From: Vulcanimicrobiota bacterium
Lineage (GTDB): Bacteria > Vulcanimicrobiota > Vulcanimicrobiia > Vulcanimicrobiales > Vulcanimicrobiaceae
Reading direction: 5' to 3'
Length of the DNA: 64,000 bases
Assembly: GCA_963812155.1 (NCBI GenBank)
Contig: CAWETW010000001.1
Span: 64,001-128,000 of the forward strand
A model generated the notes under the pieces. That model was not told where the DNA came from, ran no database searches, and saw only the letters and a list, made by a program, of their open reading frames with translations. The translations under genes and the position numbers were made by a program. Below are positions 61,603 to 64,000 of this stretch, piece by piece. Each line of letters begins with the position of its first letter. Within the stretch, counting starts at the first letter, position 1.

Positions 61603-62470
61603 GCCGGGATTCTCCATATGGCGGTCCTATTCGAGATGGCGGCCCAATTCGAGTCGCCGCCGGAGGATTCCGGCGGTTTTGGGGCACTTTGGCAGCCGTC
61701 TTGGTCGCCTCGGCACGAAATCCGCCAGCGTTTTGGGCTCCGCCCGCTAAACAAGCCGATGGAACGCGCATAAGGGCGCAGCTCTCCCGTCGTTGTCGCG
61801 CGCACACGACCGCTGGAACGTTCACGTTGCCCTCGCCATTGGCGGCGCTTGCAAAGCAGCGATTCTCTCCATGATCGCAGCGAACAGTTTGCGCGGGATC
61901 GCGACCTCGGCCACCTGAAACGCGACGTACCGGCCGTGGCTGACCACCTTGGCGCCGATCTTGATCAGCTTCTCGCGAAGCGTTGTCAGCGACCACTCGG
62001 CAATCGCCTCTGGAATCGCCAGGGTCCGAAGGAAGTTGCCAAGATTATTGGCTAGCGCGTGAAGCTGGTGACGAACCGCGTTCGCATCGAACGACCGGCA
62101 TGAAAGCCGCGTCCCCTTTAGTGCCACCTTCCACTCGATGCTTTCGCCAGATTCTCGATAACGCGCAACGACCGGCTTGAGCACCGCTTCCCAGCCGTCG
62201 GCGCTATGCAAGTTGCCAGGGCGAAGGCGCATCGCTTCAGATCACCATTCTGATTGAAGACGAAGAGCGGATGGTAACAGGTGCAGCCAAAATGCCCATT
62301 CCAAAGGCTACGCTCGATCGCCGTGCGCGCATCGGCGAGAAGATCACCGGCCGACGTTGTCAATCCAAGTGCATCGTCGAGTTCGCGATATGCGAGCAAC
62401 CCTGCATCCGAGGTGACGACGGAGCCGCGGAACTGCATCATGACGCGGCGGTCGAAATCGAGTCGAAGAA
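61603..62470 (-). mobile_element. IS1380-family remnant (transposase deleted and frameshifted)
   Basis: [47 protein letters not shown] and TLREKLIKIGAKVV; candidate terminal sequence CCGGGATTCTCCATATGG near 61604. Confidence 0.85.
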
Positions 62471-63008
62471 TGCCCCCGCCCTAGAGGAGCGCTTTTTTGG
62501 CGTGCATGGAGACCGCCGGGTCATACACTGTCGTGACTTCGGACCGGCAGATCGAGACGAACGCGGATCAGGAGCGACGGGCGAATGACGCCGTCTTCGA
62601 CGGAATTCCGCGAGACGGGCAGATCTGCGCGAGCGCCACGGATCGCGGATATGCGCCCGCAGGAGTATGCCGCCAGCCGTTTCCCTCGGCTCTCACGCTA
62701 AAACTTTAAGTTTGAGTCCCTCGCGGTGCAAGTCTCACAACTTTGCAAAATATGAACGTTGCTGGGGGATAGAGGCAATCGCTTGCGTTCCGGATGGTAA
62801 GATTGCCGGTATCGATTTCCGGACTTATGCCTATTCATCGGGCCGTTCGATGTAGACGAAGCCCGTGTCCCCAGCAATTCAGTGAGAGGTTTGTGGATTT
62901 CCCTAACACGTAGTGTGACGAGGGATAGCGTACCACACTGCATAACGGGCGATGGTGTCGGCGCCGATCGTTACGGTCGTGCTTTAACGCCGATATAAGG
63001 AATATTGA

Positions 63009-64000
63009 GTGCAGTTGCGCCGGAATCTTCTACCGCTGGCCCGCCGATTTCGAGGGGTCCTGTTGCTCGGTACTCTGATGGCTACTGCTGCTTGCTCTGC
63101 GAACTCTTCGGTCTCGCCTCCGGCTAGCGCGCAGTTCGGCACGCAGCCGGCAAACGTTCGTCGCAGCCTTCTGCTCTCAGAGGGGTTCGGTACGGTACCG
63201 ACTACACCAACTCGAGCAAAAAGCTGGATCGCGCCGGACGTGAAGGGAGAAGGCCTCAATATCTACTGGGGTGACTACTACAACAACACGATTGCGATCT
63301 ATCCCAGAAGCGGGACCAATCCGCCGGAAAAGGGGCTCATCACCAAAGGCGTTTCGGGCCCCGAGCGGCTTTTCGTCGACAGCGCGCTCACCGTCTACGC
63401 GACCAATATCGGCAACAACACGATCACCGCATACAAGCGACACAGAACGAGACCGAGTCTACGAATCAGCTCGGGCGTCGCGGACCCAACCGGAATTACC
63501 GTCGACGCCGCCGGCACGATCTACTGCGCGAACACGGGAACCAAAACGATCACGGTTTATCCGAAAGGGCAAACCACGCCGTCGCTGACCATTCCGATAC
63601 CCGGCACACCGGAATATCTCGCTATCGATGGCTCCGACAATCTGTACGTGTCGTATTTTGGCGGCCCGACGGGAACCGCGGTCATGGAGTTTGCCCCCGG
63701 ATCGACCACGGGCAAGGATCTCGGACTCGACATGGGCGGAGGGGGAGCCTTGGAAGTCGATCGCTCCGGCAATATTATCATCGCCGATAACTACGGTTCG
63801 ACGCTCGATTTCTTTCCTGCGGGTCAGACCGAGCTGAAGAAACGAATCGGTATGCCCGGCGGCGGCGAGATCTTCGGGCTCTCGCTGAGCGAGACGGAGC
63901 ACAAAATGTTTCTCAGCGTCTGGACGAACGGCACGTTTTCAATACAGCAGGTCAACTACCCCAACCTCACTTCTTTGACGACGAAACTTTCGACCAACGC
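63009..64000 (+). CDS. Secreted NHL-like beta-propeller lipoprotein (3' partial)
   Basis: My translation from GTG 63009: ...LMATAACS...KSWIAPD...GVSGPERLFVD...DPTGITVDAAG. No stop codon seen before the window end, so it is absent from the ORF track. Confidence 0.7.
   Translation, partial: MQLRRNLLPLARRFRGVLLLGTLMATAACSANSSVSPPASAQFGTQPANVRRSLLLSEGFGTVPTTPTRAKSWIAPDVKGEGLNIYWGDYYNNTIAIYPRSGTNPPEKGLITKGVSGPERLFVDSALTVYATNIGNNTITAYKRHRTRPSLRISSGVADPTGITVDAAGTIYCANTGTKTITVYPKGQTTPSLTIPIPGTPEYLAIDGSDNLYVSYFGGPTGTAVMEFAPGSTTGKDLGLDMGGGGALEVDRSGNIIIADNYGSTLDFFPAGQTELKKRIGMPGGGEIFGLSLSETEHKMFLSVWTNGTFSIQQVNYPNLTSLTTKLSTN

Larger units (their letters stand above)
60264..62735. mobile_element. Decayed genomic islet integrated at tRNA-Lys(CTT), bounded by attL/attR-like direct repeats
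   Basis: AGTCCCTCGCGGTGCAAGTCT at 60264-60284 and again at 62715-62735. Confidence 0.8.

Noticed and set aside
62740..63008. Possible structured RNA upstream of the last lipoprotein gene
   Set aside because: Only short stems and no recognisable riboswitch motif

Overview
High-GC bacterial chromosomal segment. The many secreted beta-propeller, lipoprotein and solute-binding genes suggest a soil Eremiobacterota/Vulcanimicrobiota-like lineage, which is my inference only. Contents in order: cydB; a dispersed purine cluster (archaeal-type purP-like gene, guaA, purD, purF, purM, a GNAT-PurN fusion); a compositionally distinct accessory block at about 5.5-9.9 kb with an RNA polymerase omega-like gene, a HicB-like gene, a Crp-family regulator and secreted proteins; panB; pepA; a 1143-aa membrane/hydrolase/putative His-Cys enzyme fusion; tsaD; msrA; two S9 peptidases; two orphan peptide-binding proteins; a class II ribonucleotide reductase carrying a LAGLIDADG intein; yqeG-aroE; a YtrA-type GntR unit with palindromic operators; tRNA-Ser; a ferritin-like gene; icd; a tyrosine catabolic cluster (hppD, fahA, hmgA) with an unassigned conserved gene, a CDGSH protein and an OvoA/EgtB-like sulfoxide synthase; SRP RNA; lepA-rdgB; five tRNAs; and a decayed ~2.45 kb islet at tRNA-Lys(CTT) bounded by a 21-bp direct repeat. 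Several housekeeping genes carry frameshifts that are probably sequencing errors. All calls come from motif recognition by eye; no database searches were run.
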